30,446 nucleotides of DNA from Myxococcota bacterium. Lineage in GTDB: Bacteria > Myxococcota > JACRCW01. The translations under genes and the position numbers were made by a program. The stretch's first letter is position 1. Each line of letters begins with the position of its first letter. Below, one piece after another: positions 16,431 to 26,264 of this stretch. The notes under the pieces were generated by a model. The model saw only the letters and a program-made list of their open reading frames with translations, was not told where the DNA came from and did not search any database. The stretch spans positions 1 to 30,446 of the forward strand of contig JBFMGU010000125.1 in the NCBI GenBank assembly GCA_040752415.1, given 5' to 3'.

Positions 16431-17615
16431 ATGACCGTGCACGACATGCTCCGCACTCGACCCGCAGTCGTCGCTATTTCCTTGGCGCAGGCCCTCTTGG
16501 GGACGGCCGCCGCGCCAGCGCGGCCCCCATTGCATGGCACCGCAGGCGAACACGCGGACGGCTACCCGAAGCAGTCCGCCGATCAGCTCCAACTCCGACG
16601 CATGCTTCGGGAGGGTCGCCACGCCGAGCTCAACGCGGCCTTCGCCGCATACCAGCAGGAATTCGAGAAGGACTGGCATCGGGAGGAATGGGTCGACGGC
16701 GCGGCCTCCGCGTTTGCCCATGCCGACCCGCACCTTGGCCCCCTCCTCGACGCCTGGGTGCAGAAACATCCAGAGCATTGGGCGGCCTGGACGTGCCGCG
16801 CGGCCCATCGCCTGGAGGCCGGGTGGGACGCTCGTGGCAAGCGCTTCGCCAACAAAACGCCGCAGGTCCAATTGGACGCCTGGCGCCGGCTCCACGACGA
16901 CGCGCTGGCGGACCTGGCCCGCGCCGCCGCACTGCGCGCCGACGTCATGGCGGTTCACCTGCGGAGAATCCGCGCCGCGGGCGCAAGCCAGATGGTTCGC
17001 CACCAGGCGCTCAAGGACTCCCGCGCTCTGTGTTCGTCATGCTTCACCCCGTTTCGCGTATACATGCCGCTGGCCACACGGCGGTGGGTTGGCACGGACG
17101 ACATCAACGCGTCGCTTGCGCGGGAGCTGACGGAAGCACAGCAGCGCAATCCTCGTCTGGCGTGGCTGCATCACCCGGAGGAAGGCGTGGCATGCGTCCT
17201 CAAGGCTGGTCTTCGGAAGCCCAAGATCGAGGATCTCGAGATCTGCAACGTCGCAGTCGGGAAGGAGGCCTGGGCCTCGCGTCACACGGCTCGGGGAATG
17301 ATCCATTACCGGATGGGCCGGTTGGACGCGGCCCGCGCCGACCTCGATCGCGCGGTCATGCTCGAGCCATTTGGCGTGGAAGCGCGTGCGACCCGGGCCA
17401 TGGTGTTGGCGGCGCAGGGGGAATGGGTTTCGGCACGGGATGACATCATTGTCGCTCGGTCTCTGAGCCTGCTGGGCGACGGCGTGGAGGAGGCGACGCG
17501 AGTGGTCACCACGGTGTTCGAGGAGGAGGCCCGTTCCATGGAGCGTCGCTCCGCGGAGGTGGCTGCACAGTTCCGCGAGGAAGGGAAGAGGGTGCGCGAA
17601 GCGCAGCCGCTTTGA
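16431..17615 (+). CDS. Exported DUF4034-like + TPR protein
   Basis: AGGAG RBS + ATG 16431; hydrophobic N-terminus; LDAWVQKHP..AGWDARGKRFA (DUF4034-like); TPRs ARGMIHYRMGRLDAARADLDRAVMLEP. Confidence 0.75.
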   Translation: MTVHDMLRTRPAVVAISLAQALLGTAAAPARPPLHGTAGEHADGYPKQSADQLQLRRMLREGRHAELNAAFAAYQQEFEKDWHREEWVDGAASAFAHADPHLGPLLDAWVQKHPEHWAAWTCRAAHRLEAGWDARGKRFANKTPQVQLDAWRRLHDDALADLARAAALRADVMAVHLRRIRAAGASQMVRHQALKDSRALCSSCFTPFRVYMPLATRRWVGTDDINASLARELTEAQQRNPRLAWLHHPEEGVACVLKAGLRKPKIEDLEICNVAVGKEAWASRHTARGMIHYRMGRLDAARADLDRAVMLEPFGVEARATRAMVLAAQGEWVSARDDIIVARSLSLLGDGVEEATRVVTTVFEEEARSMERRSAEVAAQFREEGKRVREAQPL

Positions 17616-17944
17616 ACAACCCTGGTGCCGCCTAGGGGCCGAGATCCACATACGCGCTCCATGCCGAAAGGAATTGAGCGCGCTCCCCGGAACCAGCAGA
17701 TCGACCAGCATCTCGCCTGACTGTCCTTTCAGTGTGACTTGCCATGGGAACCGGCGTGCCACGTCGCGCCCGTCCCCGCACCGCTCCACTCCTTCCACCT
17801 GTGATCGCGCGCACCCTCCAGCGCGAAGCGATTGCGCCGCGGCCGGACGCGAACTTCCTCCTCCTTGTGCCGTGCGTTCGAGCCGCCTATAGGCGCGCAC
17901 GTTGGGGCCGGAGGTGTCGCCCTGGCGCTTCGGGAGGTCATCTC

Positions 17945-20900
17945 ATGTTGCGGTCGACGTGGTTGCGCAGTGCGTGGTTGCTCGGGCTCGTCTTGCTCGC
18001 CGGTTGTCCTCCGGGCTGTCCCGGTTGCGCGGGTGGCGGCGAGGTCACCGCGGAAAGCTGCGCCGCGCAGGGCCTGGGTTACGAGGAGGCCAACGGCCAG
18101 GGCTACTGCGTCAAGGAGGTGCGTCCCACCGCCAACGCCGACGGTGGACTGACCATCGGCTGTGAGGGCCAGTCCGACGGGGCCGCCTGCAACGACGGCA
18201 ACGCCTGCACGCGCGACGACGTGTGCACCGGCGGCAACTGCACGGGCACCGCCGTCGAGGTTCCCGCCGACACCTCGTGCATCGACTACGAGTGCACGCC
18301 CGCCGTGGGCATCACCATCACCTACCGCGTCACCGCCGCGTGCAACGACAACGACGCCTGCACCACCGGCGACCAGTGCAACGACGTGGGTGAGTGTCGC
18401 GGCACGGCGTTGGACTTCGTGGCGGTGGTGGCGGACAACAACCCCTGCACGCGCGACTACTGCGACCCGGTCACCGGCGTGCAGCACGAGTTCACCCCCG
18501 GCTCCTGCAGCGACGGCGACGCGTGCACCGTCAACGACGTGTGCGACCAGGCCTCCGGCACCTGCGTGGGCTCCCCGCTCCCCGGTCTCGACGACAACAA
18601 CCCCTGCACCGTCGACAGATGCAACGCCAACGACGGCAGCATCACGCACGACCCCGCGGGCGCCAACGGCAACCCCTGCGACGACGGCGACGTGTGCAGC
18701 AACAATGACGTGTGCACCAACAGCCTGTGCACGGGCACCTACGGTCAGGACGCCAACGGCAACCCGGTGGACGACGGAGACGCTTGCACGCGCGACACCT
18801 GCAACGCCCAGGGCGTGCGTGAGAACCGTCCCTACGATCTCGACAATGCCACCGACCGCAACGCGCTGGTCTCGCTGGGCTTCGCCACCGCCGAGGACGT
18901 GGTGAACCCTTGCCTCGCGTACTCCTGCGCCACCGAACCGGAGTTCAACCCGCTGGCCGACGGGACCTCCTGCGCCGACCCCGCGGCCGGTCGCTCCGAC
19001 GGACCGTGCGTGAAGTGGGCGTGCCAGGCGGGAGCATGCGCGGCGGTGGTGGACCAGGTGGCGCTGGCCACGGCCCCGGCGGCGCCCTCCACGCTGCACG
19101 CGGGTTGTCGCATGCGCATCTGCGACACCTCCACCGGCGAGGTGGCCTACGCGCCCGATTCCTCCCGCGTGGGCGCCGGTTGTGACGACGGAAACGCCTG
19201 CACCTACGCCGACGCGTGCACGGCCACGGGCAGCTGCGTGGGCAATGCGGAGGCCGCGCACAACCACGCCTGCAGCGACGGAAGCGCGTGCACCACCGGC
19301 GACACCTGCATCAACGGCACCTGCACGCCCGCGCGCGACCTGTTGACCCTGGCCACCACCGTGGCCGACCCGCTGAATCCCTCCCCCGACGACGCCTACC
19401 GCGATCCCGCGGGCCTGCTCGCCGCGGCGGACCCGTGCAAGACCTACGCGTGCGATCCCACGCGCGGCGTGGTGGTGGGCAACACGGCCGACGGCACCAC
19501 CTGCGACGACGGGAACCCGTGCTCCAGCGCGGACCAGTGCCAGGCCGGCGTGTGCGTGGGCACCTCCGACCCCGCCACCGACGGAGCGGTGTGCGACCAC
19601 CCCACCAACCCCTGCCAGGTGGGCGCGTGCGAGAAGGGCGCGTGCGTGGCCTTCGAGGACCGTCAGGACGGCACCACCTGCACTCCCGGCGTGCCCGACC
19701 CGTGCAACGTCTACACCTGCCAGGCCGGCGCGTGCTCCGACACCGGCAACGCGGTCAACGGCGTGAACTGCGACGTGGATCCCACGGATTGCGTGGAGCA
19801 GGCGTGCAACGGCGCGGGCGCGTGTGTGGCGGACCCGGCGGGTCGCAATGGGGAGGCCTGCACCAGCCCCAACTACGACGCGCGCTGCACCGCGCCCACC
19901 TGCAACAACGGCGCGTGTGATGCCAACCCCGTCATCGACGGCACCGCGTGCGCGCTGACCGAGGCCGACGTGCAGACCGCCGCGGACCTGGTGTGCAACA
20001 CCGGCGCGTGCACCGCGGGCTACTGCCTCCCGGTCAGCAAGGCCACCAACCCCGTCATCACCTGCAACAACGGCAACGCGTGCGACGGCGCGGACTGGTG
20101 CGTCAACGTCGGTGGCGTGGGGCGCTGCGTGGAGCGCTACCCCGGCGACCTCCCCACCGGCGCCCAGGGCAGCGTGGCCGCCACGCAGGCGGTGTGCACC
20201 AACGGTCTCCCTCCCGGCGACGGCCAGCCGCCCGACCCCAACTGCTACGACAACCTGGGCCCCACCGCCGCGTCGGGCACCACCTGCGAGGTCGACGGCA
20301 ACACCGCCACCGTGGGCCGCTGCCACTACGACGGCACCTGCCGCGAGATGACCCGCCTGGTCGACGACGAGAACGACTGCACCGCGCCGCGCTGGGACGA
20401 GACCACCGGCGCCGTGGTGCACGACCCGGTGGCCGACGGCACCGCCTGCCAGGCGCGCCCGCTCAATCCCTGCTCCAACAACCACGGCATCTGTCGCGCC
20501 GGCGCCTGCCAGGTGACCCCGCTCCCCGACGGGACGCTGTGCAACCTCGCCGGCCAGGACCTCCCCAACCCGCTGCCCGACGGACACGACGCCCTGTGCT
20601 ACGCGGAGGTGTGCGTGGCAGGGCAGTGCGTGATCAACACCAGCCGGCAGGACGGTCGCACCTGTGACGACGGTGGCGGTACCTGCAGCGCGCCGGGGGC
20701 GTGCAGCGCCGGGGCGTGCCAGGCCAACAACACGCCGCGCAACTTCGGGGAGACCTGCACGCCCGCGGGCGCCACCGGCATCGTTGACTTCGACGGGCGG
20801 CCCATCGCGGAGAAGGACGTGGGCTGCTGGGTGGCCTTTGAGTGCAACAGCGCCGGCGCCTGCGTGGTGGCCGCGGCCCGCGCCGCCAACGGCACGCGCT

Positions 20901-23815
20901 GCGACCTGGACCTCAACGGCGACACCTGCGACGGCTCCTGCGACGACGGCGTGTGCACGGTGAGCAACCAGGCCGCCAACACGCCCAACCCCACCTGCGA
21001 CGACGGCGAGCCGTGTACGCTGGACGTGTGCAATGGCAACGGCGGGTGCGGCGCGCAGGCGCTGGCCGACGGTCCGCGTCCCGGCTGCCAGGGCCCGGAT
21101 CCCAACAACGCCTGCCTGGACCTGGAGTGCGACAACGGCGTGTGCACCGGGATCGAGGACGACACCAACTTCTGCGACGACGGCAATCCCTGCACCGTCA
21201 ATGATTGCACCAACGGCGCCTGCACGGTGGCCTCCAACGTCCCCAACGACACCCCCTGCGACGACGACGGCGACGAGGATTGCGACCGCGACACCTGCCA
21301 GAACGGGACCTGCCAGACCAACGCGGACGTGGAGCCGCTGGGCTCACCGTGCAGCGACGGCAACACCTGCACGGTGGGAGAGACCTGCGACGCCACCGGC
21401 CTCTGCACCGCCACCGCGGGACTCACCGACGGCACCAACTGCGACACCAACGGCGTGCCCTGCGACGAGGGCTGCTTTGACTACGACTCCGCCGTCGGTC
21501 CCCAGCTGGCGCGCTGCGTGCCCTTCACGGAGTTCGAGGCGCTCCTGACGCCGTCGGCCATGGCCGCCAACGGCAACCCCAACGACGCCCTTGGCGCCGA
21601 GGAGCTGGCCTGCCGCGACCTGCTGGATCCCACCTACGACCCCAATGCTCCCGACGCCACGTGCACGCGCTACGCCTGCTACCTGGGCGCGTGCCGACTG
21701 TGGAACGAGACGCTGGCCACCGCGGCGGGCATTGGCCCCAACCCGCTGAACAACACGCAGTGTGGTGAGGCCGGACCGTGCAACACCACCGGCGTGTGCC
21801 AGGACAACACGTGCGTGGGCTACCACGCGCAGCCCGACGGCACCTTGTGCAGCCTGGCGCGCTGCGAGGGCGACGGCGCGGTGACGGCGCACGTGTGCGT
21901 GGCGGGGACGTGCGTGGAGACGGAAGCGGAGCTGACGCGGTGTGACCTGGGGCTGGGGACCTGTCGCGCCGACACCTGCGCAGGCGACCTCTGCGAGCAG
22001 GCGTGCACGCCCGGCTACTACGACTACGTCAACGCGTTCGAGGACATCAGCCCGTTCCCCGACGGCAGCTGGCTGACCGAGCTGCGCAGCCCGCTGGACC
22101 CCGCCGACGTGCGCTGCGCGGACCTGCCCGGCACTGGCGCCGCCGCCACCGAGCAGGAGCGCATGGCCTGCGACGACGGCGCGGTGCTGCTCTCCCTCGC
22201 CCAGCTGGGTTTCGCGGAGCTGGGCAACGGCGCGTGGCTGTTCAACCGTCGCTACACGCACCTCAACCTCTCCGCCAACGGCGCGGTGGCCATGCACAAG
22301 CGCGACCCGGCGGAGTTCGCCTTTGACCAGGAGACCGTGCCCGGCAACACGCTGTTCACGTTTGCCAACGTGGGCGGCGCTTCCGACGCGGCGGGCAAGT
22401 CCAACGTGGCCGGCACCGCCATCAACGACGCCACCGGCACCGCGCAGCTGCGCCCGTTCCTGGATGACCTGACCTTCGTCACCGACCCCGACGAGGAGCG
22501 CCCCAACGACACCACCGAGTACGGCGCCTTCGTCCGCTTCGGCGGCATCTACACCAAGCGCATGGCCGGCCCCACCTACGCGGCCGAGGATGACTACCTG
22601 ATCATCCAGTGGAACGACGCCGCGTTCTTCGGCTGCGCTCCTTCCGACGCCAGCCGCGCGCACATGACCTTCCAGGTCAAGTGGTGGCCGTACACCGGGC
22701 TCATCGTGTTCGCGTACCCGGACAGCGGCAATGACGACGGGCCGGTGGGCAGCGCCGCGTGGTGCATCCCCGACCGCGTGCGCGGCGAGGACGCGGTGAT
22801 CGGCCTGGCCAGTGAAGGCAACGTGCCCGACGTGCTGGTGGGCCAGGACGGCCTGTTGCTCACCACCGACAGCGGTCCCGGCACCGAGCCGCTGGAGGAC
22901 TTCTTCGTGTTCTGGCCGCAGGACTGGCCGCCCACCGGCTACCAGGTGCGCGCCTGGGAGCCGTTCCACGACCTCAGCGCGTTCGACGTGGCGCTGGGCC
23001 GCACGCGCGGCAACCCGCTGCCGCTGGTGAGCAACTGCAATGAGTGCTGCCAGGCGGTGCCGCTTTCCCCGCCCATCTACTGGGAAGGCTTCCCGCGCGA
23101 GGTCATGTACGTGTGCGCCGACGGGTACGTGCACTTCCAGGACCCGCGCTTCGCCACCTTCGAGCAGCGCAGCTTCAACGGCGACCAGGGCCAGACGCTG
23201 ACCACCCTTCCCCCCGACCAGCTCTCGCCGGGCTACCTGGTGGCGCCGTGGTGGGGTGACCTGCGGATGGAGGCCAGCCCCGCCTCCAACGTGTCCTGGC
23301 TCGACGAGACGGTGGACGGCTTGCGTCGCGTCACGGTGCAGTGGACGCGCGTGGATCATCCCTACCGCGTGGGCCAGCTTGGTCTGCTGCCCGCTGAGCA
23401 GGAGCAGGGTGAGTTCCTCTGCACCGACGACGGCGACCAGGACGGCGACGGCGCCACCGACTGCGCGGACACCAGCTGCGCCTGCGCGGTGGCGTGCGGC
23501 GGCCAGGGCTGCGGTCTGACCTTCCAGGCCATCCTCCACGTCGGGCTGGGCGCGGTGGAGTTCCGCTACCTGGACACCTCGGGCCGCTATGCCTACGCCG
23601 CGGACAGCACCGTGGACACCGCGCCCACCGACGGCGTGGTGATCGGCGCGCAGCAGTTCCAGGGCTACGGGCTGGACCTCTCCGACGGCGTCACCGGCGG
23701 CGGCCTCATCCCGCCGTTCAACTACCCGCTGACCCCCGGCGACGTGGACGAGCAGCTCCCCAGCCAGCAGCGCAACGTGATCCTGATCCAGAACGCCTGG
23801 CTGCCGCAGCAGTGA
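17945..23815 (+). CDS. Giant Cys-rich surface lipoprotein (1956 aa) with Dictyostelium-type CDDGNxCTxDxC repeats and two C-terminal NIDO-like domains
   Basis: GGGAGG RBS + ATG 17945; lipobox LLAGC; more than a dozen C(N/D/S)DGxxCTxxDxC units; C-terminal PFLDDL..IIQWN..TFQVKW and APWWGDL..TVQW..TFQAIL..VEFRY. Confidence 0.85.
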   Translation: MLRSTWLRSAWLLGLVLLAGCPPGCPGCAGGGEVTAESCAAQGLGYEEANGQGYCVKEVRPTANADGGLTIGCEGQSDGAACNDGNACTRDDVCTGGNCTGTAVEVPADTSCIDYECTPAVGITITYRVTAACNDNDACTTGDQCNDVGECRGTALDFVAVVADNNPCTRDYCDPVTGVQHEFTPGSCSDGDACTVNDVCDQASGTCVGSPLPGLDDNNPCTVDRCNANDGSITHDPAGANGNPCDDGDVCSNNDVCTNSLCTGTYGQDANGNPVDDGDACTRDTCNAQGVRENRPYDLDNATDRNALVSLGFATAEDVVNPCLAYSCATEPEFNPLADGTSCADPAAGRSDGPCVKWACQAGACAAVVDQVALATAPAAPSTLHAGCRMRICDTSTGEVAYAPDSSRVGAGCDDGNACTYADACTATGSCVGNAEAAHNHACSDGSACTTGDTCINGTCTPARDLLTLATTVADPLNPSPDDAYRDPAGLLAAADPCKTYACDPTRGVVVGNTADGTTCDDGNPCSSADQCQAGVCVGTSDPATDGAVCDHPTNPCQVGACEKGACVAFEDRQDGTTCTPGVPDPCNVYTCQAGACSDTGNAVNGVNCDVDPTDCVEQACNGAGACVADPAGRNGEACTSPNYDARCTAPTCNNGACDANPVIDGTACALTEADVQTAADLVCNTGACTAGYCLPVSKATNPVITCNNGNACDGADWCVNVGGVGRCVERYPGDLPTGAQGSVAATQAVCTNGLPPGDGQPPDPNCYDNLGPTAASGTTCEVDGNTATVGRCHYDGTCREMTRLVDDENDCTAPRWDETTGAVVHDPVADGTACQARPLNPCSNNHGICRAGACQVTPLPDGTLCNLAGQDLPNPLPDGHDALCYAEVCVAGQCVINTSRQDGRTCDDGGGTCSAPGACSAGACQANNTPRNFGETCTPAGATGIVDFDGRPIAEKDVGCWVAFECNSAGACVVAAARAANGTRCDLDLNGDTCDGSCDDGVCTVSNQAANTPNPTCDDGEPCTLDVCNGNGGCGAQALADGPRPGCQGPDPNNACLDLECDNGVCTGIEDDTNFCDDGNPCTVNDCTNGACTVASNVPNDTPCDDDGDEDCDRDTCQNGTCQTNADVEPLGSPCSDGNTCTVGETCDATGLCTATAGLTDGTNCDTNGVPCDEGCFDYDSAVGPQLARCVPFTEFEALLTPSAMAANGNPNDALGAEELACRDLLDPTYDPNAPDATCTRYACYLGACRLWNETLATAAGIGPNPLNNTQCGEAGPCNTTGVCQDNTCVGYHAQPDGTLCSLARCEGDGAVTAHVCVAGTCVETEAELTRCDLGLGTCRADTCAGDLCEQACTPGYYDYVNAFEDISPFPDGSWLTELRSPLDPADVRCADLPGTGAAATEQERMACDDGAVLLSLAQLGFAELGNGAWLFNRRYTHLNLSANGAVAMHKRDPAEFAFDQETVPGNTLFTFANVGGASDAAGKSNVAGTAINDATGTAQLRPFLDDLTFVTDPDEERPNDTTEYGAFVRFGGIYTKRMAGPTYAAEDDYLIIQWNDAAFFGCAPSDASRAHMTFQVKWWPYTGLIVFAYPDSGNDDGPVGSAAWCIPDRVRGEDAVIGLASEGNVPDVLVGQDGLLLTTDSGPGTEPLEDFFVFWPQDWPPTGYQVRAWEPFHDLSAFDVALGRTRGNPLPLVSNCNECCQAVPLSPPIYWEGFPREVMYVCADGYVHFQDPRFATFEQRSFNGDQGQTLTTLPPDQLSPGYLVAPWWGDLRMEASPASNVSWLDETVDGLRRVTVQWTRVDHPYRVGQLGLLPAEQEQGEFLCTDDGDQDGDGATDCADTSCACAVACGGQGCGLTFQAILHVGLGAVEFRYLDTSGRYAYAADSTVDTAPTDGVVIGAQQFQGYGLDLSDGVTGGGLIPPFNYPLTPGDVDEQLPSQQRNVILIQNAWLPQQ

Positions 23816-23832
23816 CCGGGCGTGGAGCGGGT

Positions 23833-23863
23833 TGTGGCGGATGGCATGTGACGGTCCGCCACA
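23833..23863. terminator. Stem-loop after the lipoprotein gene, possible terminator or stabiliser
   Basis: TGTGGCGGA (23833-23841) / TCCGCCACA (23855-23863) perfect 9-bp stem; no U-tract. Confidence 0.4.
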
Positions 23864-23864
23864 G

Positions 23865-23966
23865 GCTGTGGCGCAGCCATTCCTGTCTGCGATTCCGCGG
23901 CCGCCCCGGGGAACGGAAGTGGCCCTCCAGCTGTGGCGCAGCCATTCCTGTCTGCGATTCCGCGGC
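23865..23966. repeat. Two identical 37-bp REP-like direct repeats (23865-23901, 23930-23966)
   Basis: GCTGTGGCGCAGCCATTCCTGTCTGCGATTCCGCGGC twice, 28-bp spacer; GTGG followed by CGCAG..CTGCG hairpin. Confidence 0.85.
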
Positions 23967-24099
23967 AGCCGGTCATCACTTCACCGGGCACCTCGAATGG
24001 GAACCGCTGTAGATTGGTTCCCCTGATGTCGCCTGCCGCCTCCCCACCCGTCTCCGCCCACCCCCGTCGCGCGCCGCGCGGATCGTCGACGGAGCACCC

Positions 24100-25152
24100 A
24101 TGAGAGAACCCATCACCCAGGCCATGGTGCTCGCCGCGGGCCTGGGCACCCGCCTGCGCCCGCTCACCGACGTCATCCCCAAGCCCCTGTGCGAGGTGGC
24201 CGGGCTCCCGCTCATCCGTTTCACGCTGCGCCAGCTGCAGGAGGCGGGCGTGACCCGCGCGGTGGTGAACCTGCATCACCTGGGCGGCGCCATCCGCGCG
24301 CACCTGGGCCCGCGCGCCGAGGGCGTGGACCTCAACTACTCCGAGGAGCCGGTGATCCTGGGCACCGGGGGTGGCATCCGCGCGGCGCTCTCGCACTTCG
24401 GCCGGGAGCCCTTCTACGTCGTCAACTCCGACGCGCTGCAGGACGTGGACCTCGCTGCGCTGGCGCGCGTGCACCGGGAGAGCGGCGCGCTGGCCACCCT
24501 GGCGCTGCGCCCCGACCCCGACGTGCTGCGCTACGGCCCCATCGGCGTCGACGCCACCGGCCGCATCCGCCGCATGATCGACGGCTTCGACGACGGCGGC
24601 GCCACCGAGCTGCTGATGTTCACCGGCGTGCACATCCAGGACGCGCGCGTGGTGGAGCACCTCCCTGTGGGGCAGGAGGCGTGTGTGGTGCGGCAGGGCT
24701 ACCTCCCCGCGCTGAGGCGCGGCGCGCACCTGCAGGGCTACCGCCACCCCGGCGCCTTCCACGACGTGGGAACCCCGGCCCGCTGGCTGGTGGCGCAGCG
24801 GGAGGTGTTGCAGGGGAGCCACCCGGTGCTGCTCCGTCGCGCGTGTGGCGACGCGGGCGAGGGGCCCACCACGCCCCGCGCGGGATGGCGCGAGCTGGCG
24901 CCGGGGGTGTGGGCCAGCGGCTCGACGGAGCTGGACGGGGAGGTGCGCTTCACCGGTCCGTGCGTGCTGCACGCCGGGGCCCGGGTGATGCGCGGAGCCA
25001 GCTTGGGATGGACGGCGCTGGGGGCGGGCGCGCGGGTGGGCGCGGGGGCGCAACTGCTTCGCGTGGCGCTCATGGCCGGGGCGGGCGTGCCGGACGGCGC
25101 GGTGGTGGAGGACCGGGTGGTGTCGGCCAAGGTGGCGCTGGCCTGGAGCTGA
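24100..25152 (+). CDS. Sugar-phosphate nucleotidyltransferase (mannose-1-P guanylyltransferase/MurU-like) with C-terminal left-handed beta-helix
   Basis: AMVLAAGLGTRLRPLT..PKPL, EEPVILGTGGG, VVNSD, FHDVGTP; hexapeptide-like tail; GGAG RBS. Confidence 0.92.
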   Translation: MREPITQAMVLAAGLGTRLRPLTDVIPKPLCEVAGLPLIRFTLRQLQEAGVTRAVVNLHHLGGAIRAHLGPRAEGVDLNYSEEPVILGTGGGIRAALSHFGREPFYVVNSDALQDVDLAALARVHRESGALATLALRPDPDVLRYGPIGVDATGRIRRMIDGFDDGGATELLMFTGVHIQDARVVEHLPVGQEACVVRQGYLPALRRGAHLQGYRHPGAFHDVGTPARWLVAQREVLQGSHPVLLRRACGDAGEGPTTPRAGWRELAPGVWASGSTELDGEVRFTGPCVLHAGARVMRGASLGWTALGAGARVGAGAQLLRVALMAGAGVPDGAVVEDRVVSAKVALAWS

Positions 25153-25241
25153 CCCCGGGCGTGTCGTGCACGGGAAACGATACCGGGCCGGCACTCGCGT
25201 GCTATCACTCCCCGCCAGTCCCCCGTCTGTCCGGTGCCCAG

Positions 25242-26261
25242 GTGTTTGACCCCTCCCAGATTGCCGACGAGACCACGTACGAGGGTCACCTGAGCCAGGT
25301 GCCCATGAGTGAGCTGCTGGCGGCCATCATTCGCGGCAAGGTCACCGGTCGCGTCTGCGTCCACGACGAGGCTGGCGCCAACTTCCTCTACTTCATGCAG
25401 GGCCGCCCGGTGGGCGTGGTCCTGAGCCAGGTGATCCACCCGCTGGGCCAGCTCCTGCTCGAGCTGGGCAAGGTGGACAGCGGGCAGTTCGTGAAGGCGC
25501 AGCGCATCATCGGCAACGGGGAGCGCCTGGTGGGCCAGGTGTTCATCGAGATTGGCGCCATCAACGAGACCGACCTCAACGAGACCCTGCACATCCAGGC
25601 CCGCCGCAAGGCGCAGAAGTTCGTGGCGTTCCAGAACGTGCCCTTTGAGTTCAACAAGGGGCTGAGCTTCCTCACCGGTTTCAAGAGCAGCCCCATGGAC
25701 GGGCCGCCGCTCATCTACCACGCGCTGAGCGCCTCCATGGACGCGGGCGCGCGCAGCGCCTACCTGCAACAGCTCTCTTCCATGCGGCTGCGCGCCAAGA
25801 GCATGCAGCTCGGTGCGGCGCTGGAGAGCTTCGGGTTTGGCCGCGCGGAGGAGCGGTTCCTGCAGCGCATGGCGGACTGGCACAGCGTGACCGAGCTGGA
25901 CCAGTTCGGCACCCTCCCGCGCGACGACATGGCCGCGCTCATCCGCTACCTGGAGCTCATTGGCACCCTGGAGGTGGCGGAGCCCGCCGCGGCGGCACCC
26001 AAGCCCGCGCCGGCCCCCGCGCCCGCGCCGCAGCGCGCCTCAACGCCCGCGCCCGCCGCGCGTCCCGCCGCGCCGCCCAGCCCCAGCCAGCGCGGTCACA
26101 TCCAGCCGCGCAAGCCGGACACCTACGGTCCCTCCCCCAACAGCGCCAGCCAGGCCACCCGCAACGCGCGTGACATCGACCAGAAGCGCGAGGAGCACCG
26201 CAAGCTGCCCTCGGTGGTGATCGACTACGCGTCGCTGGGGTTGCCGCCGGACAAGAGCTGA
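25242..26261 (+). CDS. DUF4388-like domain protein with Pro/Ala-rich C-terminal tail
   Basis: YEGHLSQVPMSELLAAIIRGKVTGRV..LYFMQGRPV..PLGQLLLELGKV..LVGQVFIEIG; start uncertain (GTG 25242 keeps the domain intact). Confidence 0.8.
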   Translation: MFDPSQIADETTYEGHLSQVPMSELLAAIIRGKVTGRVCVHDEAGANFLYFMQGRPVGVVLSQVIHPLGQLLLELGKVDSGQFVKAQRIIGNGERLVGQVFIEIGAINETDLNETLHIQARRKAQKFVAFQNVPFEFNKGLSFLTGFKSSPMDGPPLIYHALSASMDAGARSAYLQQLSSMRLRAKSMQLGAALESFGFGRAEERFLQRMADWHSVTELDQFGTLPRDDMAALIRYLELIGTLEVAEPAAAAPKPAPAPAPAPQRASTPAPAARPAAPPSPSQRGHIQPRKPDTYGPSPNSASQATRNARDIDQKREEHRKLPSVVIDYASLGLPPDKS

Positions 26262-26264
26262 GAC

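Larger units (their letters stand above)
7186..17944. other. Compositionally distinct accessory region (candidate island)
   Basis: By eye, more A/T-ending codons than the flanks; carries toxin-type gene and recombinase remnant; boundaries approximate, no att repeats found. Confidence 0.5.

Noticed and set aside
16414..16442. dif-like site after the Xer fragment (TTTTCACATTA resembles an XerD arm)
   Set aside because: The second arm does not match; the sequence is explained as the RBS region of the next gene
17746..17761. Sigma-54-like TGGCACG-N4-TTCC on the minus strand
   Set aside because: -12 element is TTCC rather than TTGC, and it points away from any plausible gene start
17729..23539. 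Long antisense or alternate-frame ORFs (952 aa, 731 aa; also 1175-3007, 10291-12171, 26771-29017)
   Set aside because: Shadow ORFs of high-GC3 genes with no recognisable motifs
23865..23966. CRISPR array
   Set aside because: Only two units, no cas genes or AT-rich leader, REP-like internal structure
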